A DNA stretch of 64,000 nt from Candidatus Hodarchaeota archaeon (lineage in GTDB: Archaea; Asgardarchaeota; Heimdallarchaeia; Hodarchaeales; Hodarchaeaceae). The notes under the pieces were generated by a model. It was not told where the DNA came from and ran no database searches. It saw only the letters and a list, made by a program, of their open reading frames with translations. Shown here piece by piece: positions 29,714 through 39,658 of this stretch. Location of the stretch: contig JAEOTC010000038.1 of the NCBI GenBank assembly GCA_016840035.1, forward strand, positions 32,001 through 96,000, read 5' to 3'. Both the position numbers and the translations under genes were made by a program. The number at the start of each line of letters is the position of its first letter. Position 1 is the first letter of the stretch.

Positions 29714-29821
29714 TAGCCCCGCTCAGATTCGAACTGAGGTCAGAGAGAATTTCCACATAGCTTATACCGAATAAACTGATGTCATAGAACTCTCTATGAT
29801 GGACCACTACACTACGGGGCT
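29714..29821 (-). tRNA. tRNA with Gln-type body (A1-U72) and 35-nt BHB intron (29749-29783); predicted mature anticodon CUA
   Basis: AGCCCCG/CGGGGCT acceptor, D arm GTGT-AGTGGTCCA-TCAT, GAGAG/CTCTC anticodon stem, CTCAG-TTCGAAT-CTGAG T arm, bulge-helix-bulge at 37/38; tRNA fold is certain, amino-acid identity is not. Confidence 0.9.
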
Positions 29822-29825
29822 GAAA

Positions 29826-30029
29826 TTAACGAATTGGGCTTGAAAAAGTCAGAATATCGTCAATAAGTTCCACGTGTGTTATTAACATCCTTCTGCAGCA
29901 GTATCGTTTCAATTCAAAAGAATCGAGTAACTCTGATGCTTCTTTACCTGCTTTCAAACCATCTAAAAAATCATCATAATACTGAGCAATAACTTTACCG
30001 CAGGTATAACATCGGATTGGAATCATCAT
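29826..30029 (-). CDS. rpoN: DNA-directed RNA polymerase subunit N (Rpo10)
   Basis: MIPIRCYTCGK...RYCCRRML. Confidence 0.97.
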   Translation of the reverse strand: MMIPIRCYTCGKVIAQYYDDFLDGLKAGKEASELLDSFELKRYCCRRMLITHVELIDDILTFSSPIR

Positions 30030-30045
30030 GGTTATTGATCACCCT

Positions 30046-30699
30046 TTAGAATCCATCATCACTCATGGGACGGCGGCCGCGTGGAGCTCTAAACAATTCT
30101 ACTCGCATTTGAGCATCTTTCTCGGGTGTTAATTCTCCACGTTCACGGAGTATCTCCTTAGTTAATAACCAAAAGATCATTGCTAATGAATTGCGTCCTT
30201 TGTTGTTGCATGGAATTGCTAGATCGATATTCTTTATTGTATTATCAGTATCGACCAACGATATCACTGGTATTCCCATTCGATATGCTTCTTTAAGCGC
30301 TTGATGATCAAAATGAGGATCAGTGATCAAAATGCTTGTTGGTTCAACGAAATTATAGCGTCCTTTAATATTTGGATTTGTAAAAATTCCTGGAATGAAT
30401 CTTCCAGTAATCGGAACGGCACCGGTCACTTTGCAGAACATTTCTACAGGATAAATTCCGTACGCTCTAACGCTGCATGCTGCTACTCGTGACATATCTT
30501 GACGAGCAAGGAATTTTGCTGCTGTACGGATTCGATCATCAGTTTTATGGACATCTAATACATATAGACCATCACTTCGTGTCCGATAAATTGCCCAATC
30601 CATGCTTTTCATTCCGCTGGAGGTTCCTATATGGACACCAGCCTTCAGATAATCTTCTAGAGGGGTGAGCAACTCTTCTTCTTGTGTAGGGGTTGTCAT
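30046..30699 (-). CDS. rps2: 30S ribosomal protein S2 (uS2)
   Basis: YLKAGVHIG, GRFIPGIFTNP, DTDN, IPCNNKG. Confidence 0.97.
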   Translation of the reverse strand: MTTPTQEEELLTPLEDYLKAGVHIGTSSGMKSMDWAIYRTRSDGLYVLDVHKTDDRIRTAAKFLARQDMSRVAACSVRAYGIYPVEMFCKVTGAVPITGRFIPGIFTNPNIKGRYNFVEPTSILITDPHFDHQALKEAYRMGIPVISLVDTDNTIKNIDLAIPCNNKGRNSLAMIFWLLTKEILRERGELTPEKDAQMRVELFRAPRGRRPMSDDGF

Positions 30700-30806
30700 T
30701 TGAAGAAATTCCTTATTTTATCAATCCTTTCTGCGTTTAAGTGACAGTTACCCTAGTAAAAAACGATGTTAAGAAGTTTTGTAGATGTCTTTTTGAGGTG
30801 GAACTA

Positions 30807-31598
30807 TCAAGAAAAGAAATTGAATTCAATCGTTTTTTGCTCTGAATCAGCCCAAGAGGCTTTCTTTGACTTCACCATTAATTTCATTATTATTTGTAAA
30901 TCCTTAGGGGGTAGTGATGACCAAGTTTGGTTCATTTTGACCATGTCGTATAGAGTTACCATCTCAAATCCATTTTGGAAGCTGTAATTAAATATTTCTT
31001 CTGCAAAAGAATTTAGGGTCTTCCAATATACTCGAAGGCGCGTTTCGTCTGTGTCCCACCATGTGGCTTTTTCCTGTTCAATCAAATATTCGGAAATGGC
31101 TTTGAGTTGCGGGATCGAGAGTTTTTTATGGAGAATTCCATTTTGAAAGGGATAGACCAAACTAATTTCTTGAAGGTCAAGAATATGCTGATTCAAAACT
31201 CTTGCGAATGCAAGTAAAAAGTCTCCCCATGTGATTAGCCATTGTTGTTTTAACTCTGGATCTTCTGGGATCATCCAACGCCAAGGTTTCGATACCCAGC
31301 CTGGTAATATTGGCTTAACATTTGGATGAACAGTTCCAGGTTTTAACTCTGAGATGGATATTCTCTCTACTGGCTTGGTTACCACTTTTTCGACTGTTAA
31401 TGTTCTAGATGGAACTTGAATTTGTGGTAAAGTATGGGTTATTGTTTCTTTCTCAAACTTTGGTGTTTCAACCTTAGATGGGGCGGAAGAATCCGTAGTT
31501 ACATCTTGAAGGACTTCTTCAAGGACATCAATATTACTTTTTTTCTTCTCGACCTTTTCCTTCTTTCGTTGTAATTCTGCCATCCAAGAACAACTCAA
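30807..31598 (-). CDS. ESCRT-II Vps25-like protein with N-terminal extension
   Basis: KQQWLITWGDFL, PFQN...KKL, VYWKT tandem winged-helix pattern; located in the ESCRT operon. Confidence 0.75.
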   Translation of the reverse strand: MSCSWMAELQRKKEKVEKKKSNIDVLEEVLQDVTTDSSAPSKVETPKFEKETITHTLPQIQVPSRTLTVEKVVTKPVERISISELKPGTVHPNVKPILPGWVSKPWRWMIPEDPELKQQWLITWGDFLLAFARVLNQHILDLQEISLVYPFQNGILHKKLSIPQLKAISEYLIEQEKATWWDTDETRLRVYWKTLNSFAEEIFNYSFQNGFEMVTLYDMVKMNQTWSSLPPKDLQIIMKLMVKSKKASWADSEQKTIEFNFFS

Positions 31599-31625
31599 AA
31601 TCCGATAAATGTAGAAGGACTCTCT

Positions 31626-32771
31626 TTATCCACCAAATTTATCTCGCCAATCATCATATCGTGCAAGTTCACTAGGAGCTACAGAAGGCCGAATATGTAT
31701 CATTGCATTATGAAAGTCTGTTGCTGTTGGAGCTCGTACTTGAACACTCATGTCTGTTAGTGCTCCCTCTGCATCTAATTCTCTAATTGGCTGCATTAAC
31801 GATTCACGACATAATAGTGCAATATCTGCCGCAGTATATCCTCCAGTGATTTCAGCTAATGCTCTGAAATCCACATCCGTATCTACTGGTACTCCTTTGG
31901 TATGGATTGAAAACATCACTTCCCTAGCCTCCTTGGTTGGAAGTGTCACATAAACACGCCGCTCAAATCTTCTTCGCATTGCAGCATCAATATCCCAAGG
32001 TGTATTTGTTGCTCCAACCGTAACCAGAAGTTCATCCCCTGTAGCAAATCCTTCAACTGCCTGTAAAAGCTGTGTTTTAACTCGTCTCATTGCTTCACCT
32101 TCAGAACTACCACCACGAGTTCCAGCTAGAGCATCAATTTCATCAAAAAAGATAATCGAGGGTGCCTCTTCGACAGCTCGTTCATACAATTCATTAACTA
32201 GCTTCTCAGACTCACCTAACCATTTACTTATTAGATTGGCAGCACTAACAGAGAAAAAAGTTGAATCAACTTCCGATGCGACAGCTTTGCATAGATATGT
32301 CTTTCCACATCCAGGGGGTCCAAACATCAAAATCCCCTTCCATGGTTTCCGTGCACCTTTGAATAAATCAGGTCGTGACATAGGTAGGATAATAGCTTCC
32401 CTTAATGCACGTTTAGCATCTTCCATCCCAGCAACATCTTCCCATTTCACATTGGGTTTTTCTCTTACAATTACGCTTGAGATAGCATCTTCTATTTCAT
32501 TACTTTTTTGGGCTTGGGAGGAAGGAGAGGGTGTAGAGGTTTCAGAAGGTTCAATAATTCCTCTTATTTCTTTCACACGAAGGATGTACTCCATCGCCTT
32601 GTGATAATAGAGATTTTTCATATTTGGATCGTCAGTGAAATTTATAAGTTTCTGTAACTGTTCTGCAGCAGAAACATAGTATTTAACTGCTTGTTGTGTC
32701 TGTCCACTCTGATCCAGCTTGTATGCTAAACTAGCATTCTTTTTAGCTGCTTCAAATAAAGGAGAACCCAT
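31626..32771 (-). CDS. vps4: Vps4 AAA ATPase (MIT + AAA)
   Basis: N-terminal MIT helices, EKPNVKWEDVAG, GPPGCGKT, SKWLGESEKL, FFDEID, RRRFERR, C-terminal KFGG. Confidence 0.93.
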   Translation of the reverse strand: MGSPLFEAAKKNASLAYKLDQSGQTQQAVKYYVSAAEQLQKLINFTDDPNMKNLYYHKAMEYILRVKEIRGIIEPSETSTPSPSSQAQKSNEIEDAISSVIVREKPNVKWEDVAGMEDAKRALREAIILPMSRPDLFKGARKPWKGILMFGPPGCGKTYLCKAVASEVDSTFFSVSAANLISKWLGESEKLVNELYERAVEEAPSIIFFDEIDALAGTRGGSSEGEAMRRVKTQLLQAVEGFATGDELLVTVGATNTPWDIDAAMRRRFERRVYVTLPTKEAREVMFSIHTKGVPVDTDVDFRALAEITGGYTAADIALLCRESLMQPIRELDAEGALTDMSVQVRAPTATDFHNAMIHIRPSVAPSELARYDDWRDKFGG

Positions 32772-32824
32772 GATTTCATCACATAAATAAATATGCTTTC
32801 TTAAATAAATGCGTGGTCAAAAGA

Positions 32825-33439
32825 TCAGCTTTTCTTGATTTTTTCAAGTTCTTTTTGAAGTTCTTGGGATCGAATATCGGGTGAGGGAAGACCAAAATCT
32901 GCTGTAGCAGCTTTAGAGGCACTAATTTCTCCAAGGATTTTTTCCACCATCTCATCTTCTTCTACATCGGATGTCATCATTTCAAAACCCTCATCCATTG
33001 CCTCTGTCGCAACATCTACACGTTCTGTTTCAATTTCCATTTGTTGAAGAACACCTTCAAGCTGAGGAATTTTTAATTGAGCGTTCATCTGATGCAATGT
33101 GCGAACAAGACCCTTGAGATCTTTCCCGATTGCTTGAGTTGCGGCTGCTTGTTCAAGTTTGAATTTTATGGCCTTTACTCGACTAGCCATCTGTTGACAG
33201 GCACGAGCCATGTTTCGATTTTTGGCCACATCCTTAGCTAATAATCTAGCAGTTGACATATCCCCATCATCTATCGCTTTCTCGACTTCCTTCAGCATGC
33301 TTCGTTCTTCTTTTTGTAATTTTCTTCTTTGACGTAACATGCGTTTTTCGACCATTCTAAGTCGCACAATCCATTTTCGTGTCGAACCTGCACCGCTTCC
33401 TCCACCTTTGAGCCATTGACCAAATTTATCAAAAACCAT
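32825..33439 (-). CDS. ESCRT-III subunit, Vps2/24/46 class
   Basis: Basic N-terminal hairpin (ARLLAKDVAKNR), acidic C-terminus, terminal MIM1-like helix ELQKELEKIK. Confidence 0.85.
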   Translation of the reverse strand: MVFDKFGQWLKGGGSGAGSTRKWIVRLRMVEKRMLRQRRKLQKEERSMLKEVEKAIDDGDMSTARLLAKDVAKNRNMARACQQMASRVKAIKFKLEQAAATQAIGKDLKGLVRTLHQMNAQLKIPQLEGVLQQMEIETERVDVATEAMDEGFEMMTSDVEEDEMVEKILGEISASKAATADFGLPSPDIRSQELQKELEKIKKS

Positions 33440-33441
33440 GT

Positions 33442-34116
33442 TTATGACCTCAATCCTTCTTCGATCTGTTTTCGCATTTCATCTAATTTCTTTTTATCTG
33501 CTTCACGTTTACCTGAGGTATCTTCAGATATCGGAGAAGTGGGTGTTGCAGAAACACTTGTGTCACTTGCTGGTAAAGAGCCAGATAATTCAGCTTCTAG
33601 CTCTGCCATTTGCATTGAGATCCGATCATCAGCTTCTACATCCATTCCTATTTCTGTAATCGATGTATCGGTTAATGCTTCTTCCATATCGGACACCATT
33701 TCGATAGAATCTTCAAGAGACATCATAACTTCTTCCGTTTTTTCAGGAGAGGCGGCCTCGATATTACTGTCAATTGCAGTTTGAGCTTGTGAAAGAGTTT
33801 CAGTTAATGTAACATTATCCGCAGATATGTCCAGTGTTTCAATGGTTCTTTGTAAATTAGCTATCTTACTATGAGTACTCGTTATTTGTGTTAAATACAA
33901 TTCACGCCGCTTTAATGCTTGGTGTGCTCCTGGTTTATTTCCAGACTTTAATAATTGACGTGCTAACTCATATTGCTCATCAGATTGTCGTTGATAGTTT
34001 TTTACTTTTATTTCCATTTGATTGATGGTTCTTTTTAACTTCGCTTTCGTCTCAGTTGATGAAGATGGTTTCGATCCTGTTAAGAATCCTTTAAGTCGTT
34101 TCAATTGTGTTTTCAA
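33442..34116 (-). CDS. ESCRT-III subunit, Snf7 (Vps20/32/60) class
   Basis: GNKPGAHQALKRRELY motif, basic N-half and acidic C-half. Confidence 0.85.
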   Translation of the reverse strand: MKTQLKRLKGFLTGSKPSSSTETKAKLKRTINQMEIKVKNYQRQSDEQYELARQLLKSGNKPGAHQALKRRELYLTQITSTHSKIANLQRTIETLDISADNVTLTETLSQAQTAIDSNIEAASPEKTEEVMMSLEDSIEMVSDMEEALTDTSITEIGMDVEADDRISMQMAELEAELSGSLPASDTSVSATPTSPISEDTSGKREADKKKLDEMRKQIEEGLRS

Positions 34117-34315
34117 CTCGCTTCTAGCTTATCTGAAATGAGTATCTTCTTTCAGTTAAATATCTTAAGCTAGGTAGATGAAGAGTTCTTCTTAAGATTT
34201 ACCATAGAGTTCCTCTATATGTCACCAGAAGTAATTTCTTAAGGAACAGAAGTCATAATCATATCGAATGATACCTAAAAAGCATTAACCATGAAAAAAC
34301 ATATAATATCTGGAT

Positions 34316-35035
34316 TTACCCAACCCCGGGGAATGAAATTAAGACGCCGTCTAGGGTATTAGATTTAATTGCGATTTTTTTACTAATTAATCCCTCTAAT
34401 GATCTTTCAACTCGTTCTATTGTCCAAGCTGTTTTCTGAATTAATTCCGCTGTTGTAATCTGCCCATTAGCAAGTGCTGCAATTTCTAATATCTTTTGAT
34501 GGTCTTTTGTCAATTCTGGATCTGAAAATTCAATAATTTTCATTCCAGCTAGTGTACGTATCTGATGAAGCAATCCATTAGTGGTAAGTAGTTTTAGGGC
34601 TTTATTAACATCTTCTATAGATACAACAATCCCTTTACTTTCATCATTGAGTTTTAAAATCAATTCTGATACGCTAAGGATTCCTCCTGATTGATTTCGT
34701 ACCTGTTTCCCTATTTCAATAATCCTTAGGCCAAGGTAATTGGTGTATTCATCCTTACCTTTCAATCTATCTTTGAATGACGACTTTTTACTAATATCAT
34801 AAATTCCAATTGCGAGAGGAAGCCCTAATTCCTCACGTAATTTCATGACTTTCTGGGCAAGGTCGGGATTCTTCTTAATATCAGTCTTGTATTGGGCTTC
34901 AAGTTTTTGCAATTCTTTATGTAAATTACGAATTCTTTTGCTCATCTCATCGAGAGATTTAAGAGCCAACTGACTACCTTTTACTTTCAGTGCTGCTTCT
35001 TGAGTGATCTTCTCTTCAATTCGTCGTAGGCCCAT
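34316..35035 (-). CDS. ESCRT-II Vps22/Vps36 (EAP30) family protein
   Basis: MGLRRIE N-helix, DIKKNP, YLGLRIIEIG...GGILSVSEL, ELTKDHQKILE...WTIER winged helices. Confidence 0.88.
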   Translation of the reverse strand: MGLRRIEEKITQEAALKVKGSQLALKSLDEMSKRIRNLHKELQKLEAQYKTDIKKNPDLAQKVMKLREELGLPLAIGIYDISKKSSFKDRLKGKDEYTNYLGLRIIEIGKQVRNQSGGILSVSELILKLNDESKGIVVSIEDVNKALKLLTTNGLLHQIRTLAGMKIIEFSDPELTKDHQKILEIAALANGQITTAELIQKTAWTIERVERSLEGLISKKIAIKSNTLDGVLISFPGVG

Positions 35036-35377
35036 CTTATTATTCCTCGAGAGCTCGATATTATGAGGTCACTTTGATCTTGTCAATGTTTATTTATAAT
35101 TTTTTACAATACGATACAAAAAATCAGAGTAGAAGGACTAATTAATCATTTCAAATCATCTATTTGAATCGTTGAACATGAGAAAACAGAGAGAAGAACT
35201 TACTAGGTAATTCTTTGTATTCACAAATAGGTTTGCGATTTCAATATTTTTAGAGTTCAATAGTTTTAAACAAGAAGCACTCCAATTCACTAAGTACTGA
35301 TTCTTTCCTGTCATCTTACTGTAGTGTTATATTCATTTAAATATCAACATTCAGTGTAAACTAGGTAGGGAACGTCT

Positions 35378-36724
35378 TTGGGTCTAAGTTCATCTTCTTC
35401 TGACTCGACGGGTTACTGTTCTTTTTGCGGATCAGGACTCGTTTCTTCGGAAGTTCACAAGTGTTTAGATTGTGGTGCTACGTTTTGTCAGCAATGTGCA
35501 ACACGATCTCTTATGACTGGTTCCCAACTTAAATGTTCATGTGGTTCACCCAATATTGAAGCGTTTGACCACATCAAAAATGGAAAAGCTGATCTATTAG
35601 AGGAAATTTTCGATCTAAAACGCTCACTTAAGCAGGTAGGTTACCGGCCAGTTATTCTCTTAAAGCGAACAGGCCAGTTAGAGACACGATTACGTTCCTT
35701 CAGAAAGCAGTTTCTTATTCCAGGTAATTTAATTGATAAGATATTCCTAGAGACGAAAAAAATCGAAAATTTTACACTCAATGAGTTTCAAGAATATACT
35801 TCTAAACTCCAACGAATTTATCACAATGTTGTGCGTCATCCCATTACCGAAAATTCATTCCGAAACTCCTCTCTCCAAATTTCTCTATTTCAAAAACACA
35901 TTGCGAGTTTTGATCAAACTGTGCTCTCTAAGCTTGAATCAATCTCTAAGTTAATTGAGCAGGTTGAAAAACAATGCGATCAATTTGATGAAATGAGAAA
36001 AAATCTTGCTCGTTGTATCGATGTCTTTGTATTAATCCCTGGTGAATTAGGCATCGGATATTTTTCGAATTTAGATCTCCATAATGACAGTTTTAGAAAA
36101 TCTATTGTTGATTTTATTATTACAACTGACAGGATTGCCCTGATAAGGAAAAAACGAACAAATGTCCTTGGACATAAGATGATAATTTTTGATGAATTTC
36201 CACCCAAAGCTTTGATGGACGTGCAGAAAAAGAATTCGGGATTCTTAAAACGAGATAAGCTTCTAATCACCGCCATTAAGCGAGATTTCGTTATTCAATC
36301 CGATGAACACACCCTTTTACGGATTTTCGACTCATTAAAACTCAGTTATCTTGGTCGGCCAAGTGATCTCTATATTAATGAGCCTTTTAGGGATTGGTCC
36401 TCCGAGATTTATCAGGAAAAGATCCTATCTGCATTAAATTTTCAAAATAAGAAGAATTCATCTTCTTCTCCTCTCAAAGCAAACACAAAAGTCCCTGAAA
36501 ATCTTCCTGATTTTGTTAACGGTTTTTTAGAAGAAAGATTACGTGATCTGAGGATCCATGAACTTGCTGCTAAAAGAGCATTACAGGAACTTAAAGAGGG
36601 ACGTAAAAAGGTTGCAGGACGAGAATATTTCGAATTACTAAAACAGTTTGAATTTGAACTCGCAAAAATTGCAGAAGAACGAACAGAACTCCTAATTCGG
36701 ACTGGTAAAACTAATCTTCTATGA
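35378..36724 (+). CDS. Multidomain protein: FYVE-like Zn finger, coiled coil, PH-like domain, steadiness-box-like C-terminus
   Basis: 8-Cys CxxC-x11-CxxCGxxFCxxC-x12-CxC; FIITTDRIALIR PH-type strands; C-terminal ELKEGRKKVAGREYFELLKQF. Confidence 0.6.
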   Translation: MGLSSSSSDSTGYCSFCGSGLVSSEVHKCLDCGATFCQQCATRSLMTGSQLKCSCGSPNIEAFDHIKNGKADLLEEIFDLKRSLKQVGYRPVILLKRTGQLETRLRSFRKQFLIPGNLIDKIFLETKKIENFTLNEFQEYTSKLQRIYHNVVRHPITENSFRNSSLQISLFQKHIASFDQTVLSKLESISKLIEQVEKQCDQFDEMRKNLARCIDVFVLIPGELGIGYFSNLDLHNDSFRKSIVDFIITTDRIALIRKKRTNVLGHKMIIFDEFPPKALMDVQKKNSGFLKRDKLLITAIKRDFVIQSDEHTLLRIFDSLKLSYLGRPSDLYINEPFRDWSSEIYQEKILSALNFQNKKNSSSSPLKANTKVPENLPDFVNGFLEERLRDLRIHELAAKRALQELKEGRKKVAGREYFELLKQFEFELAKIAEERTELLIRTGKTNLL

Positions 36725-36730
36725 GAAGTA

Positions 36731-37351
36731 TTATAGATTCTTTAATTCTCTTCTAAAGTCTGATAGCCATCGTGATGCCTGAAGCTCTAATTTTTTGAGT
36801 TCGTCAGACTTCAATAATTGTCCTGGCTTTTGTTTGTCCATCCAGATTATCCATTGATTAATATCGTTAGTGACCCAGTGATTATCCCCATACATCGGTG
36901 CTCTAATCAGGATATCGTGAATTTCATCTAAGTAGGGTAAAACACGATCAACTGTTGCAATTGATTCTAGATGGAGAAGGTCAAGAAGCTCTATAGCATT
37001 CGCTACGAATTCTGCAGCAATTGTTGGGAGTTTTTTGATATGTGAATAGTCAATCTGGCTATAGGTATTATCATCCGCTCCTTCTGTCATCTTGAGCTTG
37101 GATAACCCTGAAGGAAATAGTTGAGCAATTCCCTCTTCTTCGATAAAACGATCTACATCAAAATTGTATTGTTCTAATTCAGCACGTGTCTCAATAATTC
37201 TCGTAAGAAGAGTTCTATGTTGTTTATGGTAGGTACTTGAATCGATTTCCCCACGATCATAGGTACGCGAAATCAAGTCAAGAGTACCAATATTCGCAAA
37301 TAATCGGGCTTCTAGATCCCATCTGTGTGTTAAGTTCTGGGGGAATGACAT
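36731..37351 (-). CDS. vps28: ESCRT-I Vps28-like protein
   Basis: LFANIGTLDLISRTYDRGEI..STYHK N-domain; AEFVANAIELLDLL four-helix C-domain. Confidence 0.85.
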   Translation of the reverse strand: MSFPQNLTHRWDLEARLFANIGTLDLISRTYDRGEIDSSTYHKQHRTLLTRIIETRAELEQYNFDVDRFIEEEGIAQLFPSGLSKLKMTEGADDNTYSQIDYSHIKKLPTIAAEFVANAIELLDLLHLESIATVDRVLPYLDEIHDILIRAPMYGDNHWVTNDINQWIIWMDKQKPGQLLKSDELKKLELQASRWLSDFRRELKNL

Positions 37352-37360
37352 TGGCTTTAC

Positions 37361-38095
37361 CTAACTCAAGTATTGGAGTTGTTTCCGTAGTAAATACAAC
37401 TCTTTTGTATATTTCTTATACAGTCGTGAATACTCAAAGATTGAGATTTCACCGGCTGCGTAGCGATCTTCTAGGGAGGAGAGTAAATCTGAGATAGCTA
37501 TCCTTTCAGATTCAAGTTCTTCTTGGTCTGAAACCTTCAAACTTCGTGATCTTGATGATTCTTCGGGGTTAATCATAGATCTGGCTCTAAATCTTGCCAG
37601 TTCCTCATCTTTTGCCGTAAGTCGAGCATTCAAAGAAGATAATTCCGTACGTAATGCTTTTGTTTCCACGGCAGATTTAGAAACTCGTTTTTCAACTGTT
37701 GGTTCTGTTAATCTCACCATTGTATCACGAACGGATCTCGCGGTTTCTCCACGGGGTGTAGGCGGTACTCGTGACATGAGATTCTTTAATGCTATGATTA
37801 CTTGGTAAAGGTGAAATTCCGCTCTCCAATTATCCAGAATTCTCAATTGAATGAAACCATCCTTGTCAATATTGGGATGGTCCATCCATCCAATTGCAGT
37901 TACAACTGGAGGAACATTAGGAAAGTATTCTGGGAGAAAAATTTCAAATGTAAACATATTCCTTCCCTTGTTTGTAGTATACGTCAATGTCCCTTGCCAA
38001 CGAGCAAGAGATTCTCCTACTGGATTGAATCCTGATGCAGCGCTATTTGAATATGTTAATTGTGCCTCTCTCGCTAATATAAAATCTCTATCCAT
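37361..38095 (-). CDS. vps23: ESCRT-I Vps23/TSG101-like protein (UEV, coiled coil, steadiness box)
   Basis: E2 fold LPEYFPNVPP...HPNID with Gln in place of the catalytic Cys; C-terminal GEISIFEYSRLYK SB motif. Confidence 0.85.
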   Translation of the reverse strand: MDRDFILAREAQLTYSNSAASGFNPVGESLARWQGTLTYTTNKGRNMFTFEIFLPEYFPNVPPVVTAIGWMDHPNIDKDGFIQLRILDNWRAEFHLYQVIIALKNLMSRVPPTPRGETARSVRDTMVRLTEPTVEKRVSKSAVETKALRTELSSLNARLTAKDEELARFRARSMINPEESSRSRSLKVSDQEELESERIAISDLLSSLEDRYAAGEISIFEYSRLYKKYTKELYLLRKQLQYLS

Positions 38096-38296
38096 CTAAT
38101 TCACCTGATACTATTGAAATAGGGAGGAAGATACCTTCTCTTCATGGATACTCCACTATCATTTTATCTCTTAGTCAGATTATCAGTACTTGATGTGCTT
38201 AAAAAATCCTCACAATTAGGAAGAGGAAAAACCCGTTCTATCAAGTGATCATCAAATTATACCCTTTTGATGCCCAATGAATATAAAGAGTAATTA

Positions 38297-39511
38297 TTAC
38301 TTCTTTGTTGCTTCAAAAAAGTCCATAACAGCTTCTCCCAACAATTCAAAGGCCAAATTGATATTTAAACCTGTTTTAGCTGATGTAGGAAGATAGTGGA
38401 TTTCAAAACCACGATATTCTTTTGCGACATGTGAAAGTGTCCGTGCAAATTTCCTTGCTTTTGCATCAGAAACCCCGTGAATGCCTTCATCTCGTAAATC
38501 AGCCTTATTTCCTAAAATAATAATAGGTACAGGTCCTCTACCATTCAATTTCCAGAATTCGTTCATCCATCCAACAATGTTTTGGAAACTCTCAACACGA
38601 GTTGTGTCAAAAACTACTATTGCTCCCATGGCAGACATATAATAGGCTTTTCGAACTCCTTCAAAACGTGGTTGACCAGCAAGATCCCAGATGAGATATT
38701 TGACTTGTCTTCCTCCAGAGTACAAAACAGGTGATTCTTTGCTTGCCAAATCAGCTCCAATGGTCATCTGATAATCGTTCCGAAATCCTTCTCCTAAATA
38801 TTGTCTTCTAATTGATGTTTTTCCAACCGCACCATCGCCAATAAGAATAATTTTTAATGTATGATGCTCCTTAACAAAAGAGGATTGATTGGATTCGATT
38901 TGAGTAAGGACTTCCTGTCTAAATTCAGGATTACTTCGTAAAAGATCCTCAGAGTATTTAGCCATAATTGAAACGATTTGTAACGTAAGAGGCGCGATTC
39001 TATCTCTTGTGAATTGCTTTGTAGTTACGATAGCGAAAATGTATTTTTCATCGATTACAAAGAAGTGAATTATCTGAGATTCTAGAGATAATTCTTCGAT
39101 TAATTCTCCAAGCTTATGCCGAACATAATTCTTCATAGCATTTAAAATAAAGCTCAGCGATGTTTGACAACTGGCTTTATCAGAAAGGCAAATTTCAAAT
39201 AAGGGTCGTCCTGAATCACGAAAACATGTTACCATTACGATTTCTTCTGCTTTTTTGGAATGGAATAATCCAAATTGCTTGAATTTTTCTTGTTCCTCCT
39301 CCTCTGTCGGCTGAGAATGAGAATAAACATCTTCTAGGATGTGGAGAAAGTCACCACCATCAGTGAGTGCATCTTCCAGATCAACTTGGACCTTCAAATA
39401 GAATTCTTCCATTTCCATGGCTGCAATGTCTGATTCTATCTGTTTTTCAAGCATCGAAGCATAATCTGGACTATCTTGTGGTGAAGATCTCTTTTCATCT
39501 TCATCCGACAT
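38297..39511 (-). CDS. Rab-like small GTPase with long N-terminal (longin-like) domain
   Basis: G1 GDGAVGKT, G2 TIGAD, G3 WDLAGQ, G4 GNKAD, G5 TSAKTG in the C-terminal part; N-terminal FRDSGRPLFE alpha/beta domain. Confidence 0.85.
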   Translation of the reverse strand: MSDEDEKRSSPQDSPDYASMLEKQIESDIAAMEMEEFYLKVQVDLEDALTDGGDFLHILEDVYSHSQPTEEEEQEKFKQFGLFHSKKAEEIVMVTCFRDSGRPLFEICLSDKASCQTSLSFILNAMKNYVRHKLGELIEELSLESQIIHFFVIDEKYIFAIVTTKQFTRDRIAPLTLQIVSIMAKYSEDLLRSNPEFRQEVLTQIESNQSSFVKEHHTLKIILIGDGAVGKTSIRRQYLGEGFRNDYQMTIGADLASKESPVLYSGGRQVKYLIWDLAGQPRFEGVRKAYYMSAMGAIVVFDTTRVESFQNIVGWMNEFWKLNGRGPVPIIILGNKADLRDEGIHGVSDAKARKFARTLSHVAKEYRGFEIHYLPTSAKTGLNINLAFELLGEAVMDFFEATKK

Positions 39512-39658
39512 AATTTATCTCCAAATTAATTTTTGACTATGGTGTAATTGTCTCAGATCCTTAAATATTGTACTAAATTCATCAGAGATTGGAGTTTTTC
39601 TTACGACAATGCCAAATTATTTACTTGTATTTTGAATATCCACACGTTTAAATATTTA

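Noticed and set aside
29714-29821. Pyrrolysine tRNA or genome-wide TAG recoding
   Set aside because: The canonical D-loop GG and T-loop are unlike pylT, no pyl genes are in the window, and TAG ends several conserved genes at their expected C-termini.
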